64,000 bases of DNA from Gammaproteobacteria bacterium. Lineage in GTDB: Bacteria > Pseudomonadota > Gammaproteobacteria > Eutrophobiales > Eutrophobiaceae. Each line of letters starts with the position of its first letter. Within the stretch, counting starts at the first letter, position 1. The stretch lies in NCBI GenBank assembly GCA_965243205.1, contig CBDEUK010000002.1, forward strand, positions 1,440,001 through 1,504,000. The letters run 5' to 3'. The notes beneath the pieces were generated by a model that was given only the letters and a program-made list of their open reading frames with translations, made no database searches and was not told the DNA's origin. The translations under genes were made by a program, and so were the position numbers. This document shows positions 53,028 to 62,467 of the stretch, one piece after another.

Positions 53028-54530
53028 ATGATCTTTCCTTTAAGCAAGCAGTTCACGGACTATATAATTTGTTTTATAGCTGGCGGCATTGCAAGTTTAG
53101 CTTTTGCTCCATATAAATTTTCAATTCTTATTTTTCTTAGTTTAGCTATCTTTTTTTTATATATTTTCAATAACAGAAAAAACAATAGCTGCTTTAGTTA
53201 TGGCTATTTTTACGGATTAGGTTTTTTTGGGTTTGGATTTTACTGGCTTTATATCAGCATTAATTTATTTGGTGGTGTTAATCTTATAGCGGCTTATTGT
53301 ATCACCGCCGTTATGGTAGGTTTTCACGCATTATTTCCTGCATTCTTTTGTTTAATTATTACAAAATATTTAAAGCGACATAGCGATTTCTCTTTATTAT
53401 TTCTTATCCCAGCATTATGGACATTATTTGAGTGGTCACGCACTTGGTTCTTAACTGGCTTTCCTTGGCTAGCAGTCGGCTATACACAAACAGAAAATTT
53501 TCTATCCAGCTATGCAACGATACTCGGCGTTTATGGCGTGAGCTTTTTTATCGTAACCATCGCTTCAGCTATCGCTTACTTAGCTCACGGTAAGAAAATA
53601 CTAGCTTCTTTTCTTATAACGATATGTATCATCTGTTCTGCTTTTGGATTACAAACTGTTCAGTGGACAGAAGATAAAAATCATTCTTTAAATGTCGCAT
53701 TATTACAGGCAGGAATAAAACAAGAAAATAAATGGAAAGAAGAGTATCGACAGAAAACAATCGATTTATATTATGCTTTAAGTGAAGAGCATTGGAATAA
53801 AGATTTGATTTTATGGCCGGAAACAGCTTTACCTTTTTTCTACCATCAAGGTACAGAGGTTATCAATAAATTATCAAAAAAAGCTAAAACTACTAATACT
53901 GAATTATTAGTCGGTATTCCTTATAGCGATCCTGACAGTAGGAAATATTACAATAGCATCATTTCCATTGGTCTTTCAGAAGGAATTTACTTAAAAAAAC
54001 ATTTAGTGCCGTTTGGTGAATATTTGCCTTTAGATAAATATATTCGACCTATTCTAAATGCGTTAAGCATTCCTATGTCGAACTTTAGTTCAGGCCAGCA
54101 AGATAAACCATTAATCAAACATAATGATTATTATGTTGGTCTTTCTATTTGTTATGAAGATGTATTTGGCGAAGAAGTAATTGATGCTCTTCCTGAGGCA
54201 AATATTTTAGTTAATGTAAGTAACGATGCTTGGTTTGGAGACTCATCTGCACCACATCAACATTTACAAATGGCCCAGATGCGTGCAATAGAAACGGGAC
54301 GTTATTTATTACGCGCAACAAATAATGGTGTTACGGCTATCATTAACGATAAAGGTAAAGTTGTAAAACAATCACCTCAGTTCGTTGCAGCAAGTTTGGA
54401 TGCTAAGGTGAAATTGTTTTCAGGCTCAACACCCTATTCAGTAATCGGTAATTATGGCGTGTTATTAATGATTGGATTGATATTCTTTGTTAATTATTTC
54501 TATCCAAGAAAGGCATTATCTAACGGTTGA
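53028..54530 (+). CDS. lnt: Apolipoprotein N-acyltransferase
   Basis: GFPW, WPETA, KHLVPFGEY, ICYE, SNDAWF. Confidence 0.95.
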   Translation: MIFPLSKQFTDYIICFIAGGIASLAFAPYKFSILIFLSLAIFFLYIFNNRKNNSCFSYGYFYGLGFFGFGFYWLYISINLFGGVNLIAAYCITAVMVGFHALFPAFFCLIITKYLKRHSDFSLLFLIPALWTLFEWSRTWFLTGFPWLAVGYTQTENFLSSYATILGVYGVSFFIVTIASAIAYLAHGKKILASFLITICIICSAFGLQTVQWTEDKNHSLNVALLQAGIKQENKWKEEYRQKTIDLYYALSEEHWNKDLILWPETALPFFYHQGTEVINKLSKKAKTTNTELLVGIPYSDPDSRKYYNSIISIGLSEGIYLKKHLVPFGEYLPLDKYIRPILNALSIPMSNFSSGQQDKPLIKHNDYYVGLSICYEDVFGEEVIDALPEANILVNVSNDAWFGDSSAPHQHLQMAQMRAIETGRYLLRATNNGVTAIINDKGKVVKQSPQFVAASLDAKVKLFSGSTPYSVIGNYGVLLMIGLIFFVNYFYPRKALSNG

Positions 54531-55829
54531 TACCTCTTCTAAACGTCGTTTTAACTCAGGTTCTTCAGTAGCTAAATCCAAAACTTCGCTTCTACTTAAT
54601 CGTAATAACGTAGATGATACAGCAGCAATTGCCGTAGCTGACCTCACTGCTTCTCCTAGCAAAGCTTTCTCACCGATAAAGTTACCTGAATATAATTCAG
54701 CAATAGAGTTTTCTTCATCATTTTTATAAACATTAATTTGCCCACTGTGAATTATATATAGAGCATCACCATGTTCGCCTTCGCCAATCACGACATCATC
54801 TTTTAGAAATTGAAGCACTGTCACTTTATCGGCCAGTTTTTCGATAATGGGTTCTGGCAAACCATTTAATAATGGAACTTTACCAATCAAACTACTAACG
54901 CTTATCTTAGTAGCAGGTTGTTCAACCTTTGGCAGATCATTAATTGTGTCAATTACCTTTTTCTCTATTAATGAATTGACTTTCGATCCTATAATTCCTT
55001 CATCAAAAGCAGTGTTCGCATTGTTCTTTGCAGTCACAAGCGCAATTTCAGCTAACAAACATGTTTCAAAACGTAAATAAAATTCAGGATACTCAGATAA
55101 GATATCATCTATTCTCTGTTTGCGACGTAAAAAACGTTTTTCATAAACTGATTCAACTTGTTTAAGCTGTTCAGGTTCATAATCATCCTTTAAAGAATCT
55201 AATTCATTTAATACTGTCTTTGACATTAAAGCACCGGCGATATTTCTTCTAACCCTTGCTGATAATCTTTTATATTGATACTTAGATAAAATATTAGAAG
55301 CCCAATTTTTTTCTCGTAAAAAGCGTACAATTGAAGATTCAACCGTTCTAAAAAATGTATCTTGATCACTATCTTCATCTAAAAATGGTTTATCCGTAGA
55401 ATTCAACCAATTATCACGTGCCTTGCGTAATGTATTTTTTATATCGTAATAAGTATAAAAAGATATTAAACCGATTCGTTTTAAATTACCCAACTCTTTA
55501 AGTTCAATACGTAAAGCCATTGTATATAAATGACGTAGATTATCTTGTTGTGAAACATCTATTTCTTCTGGGGTTAAAACATGATTTATTTTTTTATTAA
55601 TCAGTGAACGCAATTCGTCATCAATCAATTCAGCTTTTTGTAACCGATCCAATAACAATGATGAATCATCTTTTGCATGATTTAACGCATGGTAAAACTC
55701 TACCTTATCATCATTCGACAACATGTTATTGCCGAGGTTGTTAAAAAATGGCTTGGCATATAACACCAAACCCATAATTAATATTATTAAAAATATGAAT
55801 CCAAAAAAAATAAAAATTATTTCGAGCAT
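54516..55829 (-). CDS. Membrane-anchored cyclic-nucleotide-binding domain protein
   Basis: One N-terminal TM; C-terminal CNB domain 'EGEHGDALYII.SG...FIGEKALL...RSATA'. Confidence 0.75.
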   Translation of the reverse strand: MLEIIFIFFGFIFLIILIMGLVLYAKPFFNNLGNNMLSNDDKVEFYHALNHAKDDSSLLLDRLQKAELIDDELRSLINKKINHVLTPEEIDVSQQDNLRHLYTMALRIELKELGNLKRIGLISFYTYYDIKNTLRKARDNWLNSTDKPFLDEDSDQDTFFRTVESSIVRFLREKNWASNILSKYQYKRLSARVRRNIAGALMSKTVLNELDSLKDDYEPEQLKQVESVYEKRFLRRKQRIDDILSEYPEFYLRFETCLLAEIALVTAKNNANTAFDEGIIGSKVNSLIEKKVIDTINDLPKVEQPATKISVSSLIGKVPLLNGLPEPIIEKLADKVTVLQFLKDDVVIGEGEHGDALYIIHSGQINVYKNDEENSIAELYSGNFIGEKALLGEAVRSATAIAAVSSTLLRLSRSEVLDLATEEPELKRRLEEVSTVR

Positions 55830-55848
55830 AATATTTAACCAATAAATT

Positions 55849-56748
55849 TTAAGCGTTACGGTTTGCTAAATAATCTATAGTAATGACTAAAATAAATCCT
55901 ATTAAAACCATACCTAATGACTGCATAACTTCTAGTGTTATATACTGAGGAATATATGGTACAGACTCTATAAGTTTTTCTTTGCCTCTTATCGTTGCAT
56001 AATGCCTTTCTTGAAATGGCCATATAATCCACAAAGAAGCGACTAATAGACCAATAATAAAAGCTAAAGTTGATTTATTATAACGACTGAGTAAATAAGA
56101 GAGCACTCGGCTAAAAAGCATTAAACCCGTTGCAGCACCAAGCGCAAAAGGAATAATAATGGATAATTTAAAATGTCCTATTGCTGTTAATATGTAAGAA
56201 TATTTTTTTAACATTAATAATAAAAAAGATCCGGAAATACCAGGAAGGATCATTGCACAAATAGCAATAGCGCCTGTTATAAAAACAAACCATGTATCAT
56301 TCGGTGTTTCTTCAGGTACCATACTAAAAACAAAATAACCTACAGCAATACCAAAGGTTATAAAGACATAATGGATAATATCTGTGAGCTTAGTTTGTTT
56401 TACTAAAACAAAAATAGAAGCCAAAATTAAACCAAAGAACAAACCGAATACCAGTTCAGGATACAATAATATATAAATAGGCAGAGGAAAGATTCGAGTA
56501 AAGACAATAACAGCAGCTAATATCCCTATCATCAATGGGATCAGAAAAGCAAAATGAGGTCGATTAAATATGGTTTTAAAATCAAAACTGAATATCGCTT
56601 TAAACCATAAGAAGTCAAATGACTTGATTGCATTTATGAGCTGTTGATAAATGCCTAGTATTAAAGCCATCGTACCACCACTCACACCCGGAACCACATC
56701 TGCAGCTCCCATACACATTCCTTTTAAAACTAATATAATCTTATTCAT
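55849..56748 (-). CDS. DUF368 membrane protein
   Basis: 'GAADVVPGVSGGTMA', 'AMILPGISGS'. Confidence 0.9.
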   Translation of the reverse strand: MNKIILVLKGMCMGAADVVPGVSGGTMALILGIYQQLINAIKSFDFLWFKAIFSFDFKTIFNRPHFAFLIPLMIGILAAVIVFTRIFPLPIYILLYPELVFGLFFGLILASIFVLVKQTKLTDIIHYVFITFGIAVGYFVFSMVPEETPNDTWFVFITGAIAICAMILPGISGSFLLLMLKKYSYILTAIGHFKLSIIIPFALGAATGLMLFSRVLSYLLSRYNKSTLAFIIGLLVASLWIIWPFQERHYATIRGKEKLIESVPYIPQYITLEVMQSLGMVLIGFILVITIDYLANRNA

Positions 56749-56759
56749 ATATTTGTTAA

Positions 56760-57827
56760 TTATTGATGATATTGACGACTAAGTTCGTGTACGGCGTCAA
56801 CTAGGCAAGCCATGTTTTCAGGGTCAATGCCTGGGTGAATACCATGCCCTAAATTAAATACATGACCACTACCATGACCATAGCTAGCAAGAATCCTATC
56901 AACTTCATTTCGGATAGCGTCTTTAGAGGCATACAAAACAGAAGGATCCATATTTCCTTGCAGAGCAACCTTATCGCCAATAGCTTTTCTTACATCGCCA
57001 AGATCTTGAGTCCAATCTAACCCCATCGCATCACAACCCGAATTAGCAATGCTATCTACCCAAAGACCTGCACCTTTACTAAATAAAATTACTGGTATAG
57101 TTTGCTTATCATATGAACGATGTAGATCTGCAATAATTTTTCGCATATATTTTAATGAAAACTCTTGATACGCAGGGCCTGATAATATCCCGCCCCAAGT
57201 ATCAAACAACATAACAGCCTGTACGCCAGCTTCTATTTGCGCATTTAAATAATCTGTAACTGAATCAGCCAGTAAATCTAACAAACCATGCAATACATCA
57301 GGCGTATCATAAAGCATGCGCTTTATTGTTTCGTATTGCTTTGATGATTGTCCTTCAACCATATAAGTCGCCAGAGTCCAAGGACTCCCTGAAAAACCGA
57401 TTAAGGGCACTCTTCCATCCAACTCTTTTCGAATGACTCGCACCGCGTTCATCACATAATCTAAATCATCTTCTGGATCGGGTTTTCCAATCGTTTTTAA
57501 ATCGTCAGCTGAACGAATAGTTTTGGCAAATCTTGGGCCTTGTTTCTCGACTAAAGACAGGCCTAAACCCATCGCATCAGGAATGGTTAAAATATCAGAA
57601 AATAAGATCGCAGCATCTAATGGATAACGTTCCAAAGGTTGCATCGTGACTTCGCATGCAAGCTCAGGTGTCTTACATAATGTTAAAAAATCTCCAGCTT
57701 TTTCACGAGTTTGTCGATACTCTGGTAAATATCGGCCAGCTTGTCGCATTACCCAAATAGGAGTTTGGTCAATTGGCTGGCGGAGTAGCGCTTTAATAAA
57801 GCGATCATTTTTTAATAATACGGACAT
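56760..57827 (-). CDS. hemE: Uroporphyrinogen decarboxylase
   Basis: [28 protein letters not shown]. Confidence 0.97.
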   Translation of the reverse strand: MSVLLKNDRFIKALLRQPIDQTPIWVMRQAGRYLPEYRQTREKAGDFLTLCKTPELACEVTMQPLERYPLDAAILFSDILTIPDAMGLGLSLVEKQGPRFAKTIRSADDLKTIGKPDPEDDLDYVMNAVRVIRKELDGRVPLIGFSGSPWTLATYMVEGQSSKQYETIKRMLYDTPDVLHGLLDLLADSVTDYLNAQIEAGVQAVMLFDTWGGILSGPAYQEFSLKYMRKIIADLHRSYDKQTIPVILFSKGAGLWVDSIANSGCDAMGLDWTQDLGDVRKAIGDKVALQGNMDPSVLYASKDAIRNEVDRILASYGHGSGHVFNLGHGIHPGIDPENMACLVDAVHELSRQYHQ

Positions 57828-57954
57828 ATACGGTATATAGTGTTTATTTTTCTGGAATCATACCTTAAATAAATTTTATAAAACAGTTTCCGATATACTT
57901 GAATATCTTAAATAAATTTCTAAAATACTAAAAACAATTCGGTTATATTTTTTT

Positions 57955-58749
57955 ATGTTCACTCAACCACAAAATCGCTACCAAGCATTTGGTATTCATC
58001 TGTTAATCAGCGCAATCATTTTTATCGTACTTGCCGCTATCATTATCTTTATCTGGTACCCTGGCTTTTTATTTTGGGCTGATGGGGGCTGGCAAGGTAT
58101 TCGCCTAATTGCAGGTGTCGACTTTATTATTGGTCCTGTATTGACTTTGATGGTTTATAAACTTGGAAAGCCCAGTCTTAAATTTGATTTAACCGTAATT
58201 GGCATAATACAAATAGCCTGTTTAATCGTTGGTTGTTGGTTAGTCTATCAAGAACGTCCACTTGCTATGATTTATGCCAATGGCGGTTTTTACACTATGT
58301 CTGAGAACTCATTTGAATTTCATGACTATGATAGCCAAGAAGCATTGAAACATGACAGCAAAGTACCAGCTTGGATTTTTGTTGAACTACCTAAAGAAAA
58401 AGAAGCACGTTCTAAAATTTTAATAGAGCAACTTCGAGATGGCCCGATTCATTCTCGTATCGATTTATACCATCCATATAAAGACAACTTATCAGAGGTA
58501 TTTATTGAGAATATAGATCCAAAAACTTTGGATGAAAATACTCGCAATTCTTTATCAGAAAATGGCAAGCTCTATTTTTTCAATGCACGTTACTCTAGTT
58601 CTTATATAGAAATTGATAAAGACACCGGTAAATTTATTGCTCTTCATAAAAAACCTAAACCTAATTTTGAGAATACGGTTCCTTTAGAAGAAGCTATACA
58701 AGAGAAAGAAAATGATATTAGTAATCCTTCAGATGTTATCTCAGAATAA
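57955..58749 (+). CDS. TfpX/TfpZ/FimB-like type IV pilin accessory membrane protein
   Basis: 'AFGIHLLIS', 'WYP', 'VDFIIGPVLT', 'DL..I..IQ', 'ERP'. Confidence 0.75.
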   Translation: MFTQPQNRYQAFGIHLLISAIIFIVLAAIIIFIWYPGFLFWADGGWQGIRLIAGVDFIIGPVLTLMVYKLGKPSLKFDLTVIGIIQIACLIVGCWLVYQERPLAMIYANGGFYTMSENSFEFHDYDSQEALKHDSKVPAWIFVELPKEKEARSKILIEQLRDGPIHSRIDLYHPYKDNLSEVFIENIDPKTLDENTRNSLSENGKLYFFNARYSSSYIEIDKDTGKFIALHKKPKPNFENTVPLEEAIQEKENDISNPSDVISE

Positions 58750-58772
58750 TAGCGATATAGAACTATCACTAA

Positions 58773-59363
58773 TTATTCAGATAAATTAACAATCTTAGAT
58801 ACTGCCTCTAAACGTTTATCTCTGCCGCATGAATAACGATAATATTTATATTTTAAAGAGTTTTTTAGATAGTAATCTTGATGGTACTCCTCGGCATGAT
58901 AAAACGGTTTTGCCAAAATAATTTCTGTTACTATTTTCTCTTTACCTTTTATTTTAGCTTGTAATTCTTTCTTTGATATTTCAGCCAATTTTGCTTCTTG
59001 TTCATTATTTGGGAATATAGCCGCTCGATATTGTGGTCCTTTATCACAGAATTGCCCTCTATCATCAAATGGATCAATGTTCTTCCAAAAAACACCAAGT
59101 AACTTTTCGTAACTGACAACAGTAGGATCATATTCAATTTCTATCGCTTCATAATGTCCGGTTTTACCTGTCGATGTTTTTTTATAGGTAGCATCTTCTT
59201 CTGAACCACCTGTATAACCTGAAGTTGTCCTTACGACACCTTCAACTTTATCGAATGGCTTTTCCATACACCAGAAACAACCACCCGCAAATAATGCGAT
59301 TTTTGTTTCTGCAGTAACATGAATACTTACGAAAGATAAAATAACAACAAGAATATAGCGCAT
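58773..59363 (-). CDS. msrA: Exported methionine-S-sulfoxide reductase
   Basis: AGGCFWC, GYTGG, AEEYHQDY; Sec signal from ATG 59363. Confidence 0.93.
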   Translation of the reverse strand: MRYILVVILSFVSIHVTAETKIALFAGGCFWCMEKPFDKVEGVVRTTSGYTGGSEEDATYKKTSTGKTGHYEAIEIEYDPTVVSYEKLLGVFWKNIDPFDDRGQFCDKGPQYRAAIFPNNEQEAKLAEISKKELQAKIKGKEKIVTEIILAKPFYHAEEYHQDYYLKNSLKYKYYRYSCGRDKRLEAVSKIVNLSE

Positions 59364-59364
59364 A

Positions 59365-59877
59365 TCAACCTCTAAGCTCAGGTAATGGTTTATCATCAGG
59401 AACAAATTTTAACGCCAAACCATTATTACAATAACGCAACCCGGTTGGTTTTGGACCATCATCAAATACATGGCCTTGATGACCACCGCAGCGAATGCAA
59501 TGATATTCTGTTCTTGGCCAGAATAACTTTCTATCCTCTTTGGTACCAAGTCGTCCGGTTATAGGTTGATAAAAGCTAGGCCAACCCGTTCCGCTTTCAT
59601 ATTTTGTTTCAGATTCAAATAAAGGTAAATAGCATGCCGCACAAACAAATGTGCCTTTTTCCTTCACATCATTTAGCGCACTACTGCCTGGTGGTTCCGT
59701 GCCTTCTTCAAATAAGATATGAAATTGGTCATCCGTTAAAATTGATTTCCATTTATCTTCACTAGTATCGAGTGGTGTTTTATCAACCTGTTGATTAACA
59801 GGGTGAGCAATCAAAGTTCCTGCAGCTATTGCTCCTATACCACTCGCACCTAAAGTAAAAAATTGTCTGCGGTTCAT
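59365..59877 (-). CDS. msrB: Tat-exported methionine-R-sulfoxide reductase
   Basis: MNRRQFF twin-arginine signal; GTGWPSF, GHVFDDGP, RYCNN. Confidence 0.93.
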   Translation of the reverse strand: MNRRQFFTLGASGIGAIAAGTLIAHPVNQQVDKTPLDTSEDKWKSILTDDQFHILFEEGTEPPGSSALNDVKEKGTFVCAACYLPLFESETKYESGTGWPSFYQPITGRLGTKEDRKLFWPRTEYHCIRCGGHQGHVFDDGPKPTGLRYCNNGLALKFVPDDKPLPELRG

Positions 59878-59962
59878 AGTTAAACTCCGGAAATAGTTAA
59901 CAAAAAAGACCTTATTCAATCATGATAGTTCAGACTAGAACCGCAAATTACCATTTTGTAAT

Positions 59963-60346
59963 TTAGAGTGCGTCGCCTATTGTCCTAGGAGAAACCGCCC
60001 AGGCATCATCCAAAGGTGCCATCGCTCGTTTTGGTTTTAAACATAAACCCATAGCCACCGTCGAAGCTAGAATAGGGTTATCCATTTGATTTTTCCAGAC
60101 CAGTTGTATTGCCTCAAAAATACGGTCTTTGTGAGAATCGGTTACTGGGGCATTCTCAATGACTACCAATAAATCGCGTAATGACATACCTTGTTTGAAT
60201 TGATATGCGGCTTGATACACATCTTTAGCAAATAATTCACAAGTATGATCCATATTTTTTCGATTGGTATAATTAACAGGTTCTGCAGATGCAAGCGCTG
60301 CAAATATCATTAACCATATTATTAAACTGGCAATAAACATTCTCAT
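59963..60346 (-). CDS. Hypothetical secreted protein (two Cys)
   Basis: Signal peptide ending ASA; 127 aa; first gene after the putative attenuator. Confidence 0.65.
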   Translation of the reverse strand: MRMFIASLIIWLMIFAALASAEPVNYTNRKNMDHTCELFAKDVYQAAYQFKQGMSLRDLLVVIENAPVTDSHKDRIFEAIQLVWKNQMDNPILASTVAMGLCLKPKRAMAPLDDAWAVSPRTIGDAL

Positions 60347-60398
60347 TTTAATTTCTCACAGTTTCTATGAGCCTCCTATTGGTTGGTAAAAGTAATGC

Positions 60399-60438
60399 AA
60401 AAAAAAAGGCCACTGATTTTTCAACCTGTGGCCTTTTT
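60399..60438 (-). terminator. Intrinsic terminator (attenuator 3:4 hairpin)
   Basis: Minus strand: AAAAAGGCCAC-aggttgaaaaatca-GTGGCC followed by nine T. Confidence 0.85.
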
Positions 60439-60458
60439 AAAAATATTTGCTTTTGTTA

Positions 60459-60557
60459 TTACAAATACAATTCCTCGACACACAGGCAAGGGTTGACCAC
60501 ACACATAAATGCATGGCGCCAATAAATAACCTGTTTTGTCGATAGCTTTATATTCAT
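60459..60557 (-). CDS. Putative 32-aa leader peptide MNIKLSTKQVIYWRHAFMCVVNPCLCVEELYL
   Basis: ATG 9 nt after the -10 box; tandem TAATAA stops; ends 20 nt before the terminator. Confidence 0.65.
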   Translation of the reverse strand: MNIKLSTKQVIYWRHAFMCVVNPCLCVEELYL

Positions 60558-60566
60558 AGGGCGCGG

Positions 60567-60595
60567 ATAATGTTCTTAATTTCTAAAGTTGTCAA
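60567..60595 (-). promoter_or_regulatory. Sigma70 promoter of the leader transcript
   Basis: TTGACA-17 nt-CATTAT followed by GC-rich CCGCGCCC. Confidence 0.75.
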
Positions 60596-60702
60596 GTAAA
60601 TGGTTATAATTAAATCCTATATGAACTTTACATTGGGTTATTTATCTATTTTTCAATAACTTAAATTTATATATTTCTAATTTTAAGGATTACAGATTGC
60701 CT

Positions 60703-61122
60703 ATGCGAACTTTGCTTTTATCTTTTATATGTATGTTTATAGTTTCATGCAGCCAACCACCGGCAGTTGAAGCGATTCAAAATAGTATGGAAAAAATCGA
60801 AACCGCGGCTGAAAATAAAGATACATCCGCTATTATGAAATACATTCACGATAGTTTTCGTGGTAATGAACATCTTGATAAAACCCAGCTTCGAAAATTA
60901 TTGATGGTTCATTTTCTACGTCATAACAATATTACTGTGTTAATAACTCAAATGGACATCGAACATGATCCAACCCAACCATACTATGCAACAATGTCAG
61001 GCACAGTAGCGATTACAGGTGCAAAAAATATTCTGCCTCAAGATGGTAAAATTTATTCCTTAAAAGGAACTTGGGAATTCCATGGAGGCGATTGGTTATT
61101 ATCAGAGCTTACCTGGCAATAA
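60703..61122 (+). CDS. Hypothetical lipoprotein (NTF2-like fold)
   Basis: Lipobox IVSC; C-terminal 'W...GGDWLL...W'. Confidence 0.65.
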   Translation: MRTLLLSFICMFIVSCSQPPAVEAIQNSMEKIETAAENKDTSAIMKYIHDSFRGNEHLDKTQLRKLLMVHFLRHNNITVLITQMDIEHDPTQPYYATMSGTVAITGAKNILPQDGKIYSLKGTWEFHGGDWLLSELTWQ

Positions 61123-61858
61123 TATCGACAATAGGATCTTGTTCTCGCATAGAAGCCAGAACCACCTTATCAAACCGATCTGTTTGAGCTAAAGCTTCAG
61201 TAGCAGCTTTCGCTGCTAATTGTTGTAACTCAGTGTAATCAACCATATTAATCAGAGGTATCACTTTTTTCGAATCGCTATTCTTTAAAGAGCCTTCATT
61301 TGAAATTAATAATTTTGTGATATGTTCAGGTTGAAAGATTTCATTTTCGTTTAGGCCTGTTAACTCAGTCATCTTTTGCACACGATGAGTTATCTTATCA
61401 TTCAATGGCATACCTAATACTTTAGCGGAAATCACAGGAACAACGACATTAGCGATTTGTGGAATGATAGGTTCATGCTCTGCAGGCGCCTTGATAAACC
61501 GGCCACGAGCTCCATCAGATTTAACAACAATTAAGTCAAAATTTCCAAGCTGCTTAAACTCTTTTAACGATTCACAAGAAACGCCTGCTCGACGACCAAA
61601 ACGCTCAGAAGGTTTTGCGAACGCAATGGTTTTAGAATCTGTATCGTTTGCTATGGCATCTAATAATATCTGTTCTTCGCCAATATATTTCGTCGCATTT
61701 AATGAGTTTGGAAAATATTCTATGTGAGCTGTTGCTGTGATACCGACACGCCCTGAATGTGCATTAGCTAGTTGGAACATGGCTGTTTTCTTTCCACCTG
61801 CACCAACAAAACTCACAATGCCATTTTCAGCATTAAAGATTTCAACTAAATCTTTCAT
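61109..61858 (-). CDS. yqeC: YqeC-family selenium-dependent hydroxylase accessory protein
   Basis: 'SFVGAGGKK', 'DGARG..IKAP.EHEP', 'HR'. Confidence 0.8.
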   Translation of the reverse strand: MKDLVEIFNAENGIVSFVGAGGKKTAMFQLANAHSGRVGITATAHIEYFPNSLNATKYIGEEQILLDAIANDTDSKTIAFAKPSERFGRRAGVSCESLKEFKQLGNFDLIVVKSDGARGRFIKAPAEHEPIIPQIANVVVPVISAKVLGMPLNDKITHRVQKMTELTGLNENEIFQPEHITKLLISNEGSLKNSDSKKVIPLINMVDYTELQQLAAKAATEALAQTDRFDKVVLASMREQDPIVDIIAR

Positions 61859-61866
61859 TAAAAATA

Positions 61867-62400
61867 TTAAGAGCTAATTGAACCTTCATATAAACTATGA
61901 GGATAATATTCTTTAATCAAAATAACGGGTAATTTATGGACATAAATTAAATATCGTTTTTCAGTAATCGTATTATCATTCGGAAATTTACTATAAATTT
62001 CTGTATCAAAAATTTCATGATTACTGACAATCTCTCGATAGGTTTCTAAATGACATTGTTTAATGATATTGCCGATGCCAATATTTTTTTGCATAAATAA
62101 ATCTACCACATCTGAATCTAATAAATTTGTTCTGATGTAAGAAAGGGCATAAGCATAGTGCTTTTTAGAATGCAGACCTTTTAAAAATACTGCGCGTTCA
62201 AGAATCGTTTCATTTTTTTCAACATCCTTCCAATCAAGAGGAGGCATGCTCATCTCCTGCTCTATAAATTCTATATCAACAGGCTCATTAAAAATCGACT
62301 CCAATAAACCCATAACTGAACCTTCGTTATTTACGATTAATTTTAATAACTTGGATTCAATGATGTTTTCTTGTTCAGATTGTAATACTGAGTTACTCAT
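61867..62400 (-). CDS. Chorismate pyruvate-lyase-like protein (DUF98/Rv2949c type)
   Basis: 'GSV..LLE', 'ER.VFL', 'YA.S', 'IG.I.....LETYREI', 'I.EYYP'. Confidence 0.7.
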   Translation of the reverse strand: MSNSVLQSEQENIIESKLLKLIVNNEGSVMGLLESIFNEPVDIEFIEQEMSMPPLDWKDVEKNETILERAVFLKGLHSKKHYAYALSYIRTNLLDSDVVDLFMQKNIGIGNIIKQCHLETYREIVSNHEIFDTEIYSKFPNDNTITEKRYLIYVHKLPVILIKEYYPHSLYEGSISS

Positions 62401-62467
62401 GCCCGAAAAACCTTCTGTTAGAAAGCTTATTATAATGTAATGTAAGAAAAATACCGAATAGAAATAA

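Noticed and set aside
58773-59877. Selenocysteine recoding in msrA/msrB (prompted by yqeC)
   Set aside because: Catalytic positions are Cys codons; no in-frame TGA at the active sites.
60438-60515. Alternative leader frame MHLCVWSTLACVSRNCICNNKSKYF
   Set aside because: No RBS. The 60557 frame starts at the predicted transcript 5' end and has tandem stops, so it was preferred; this frame is not fully excluded.
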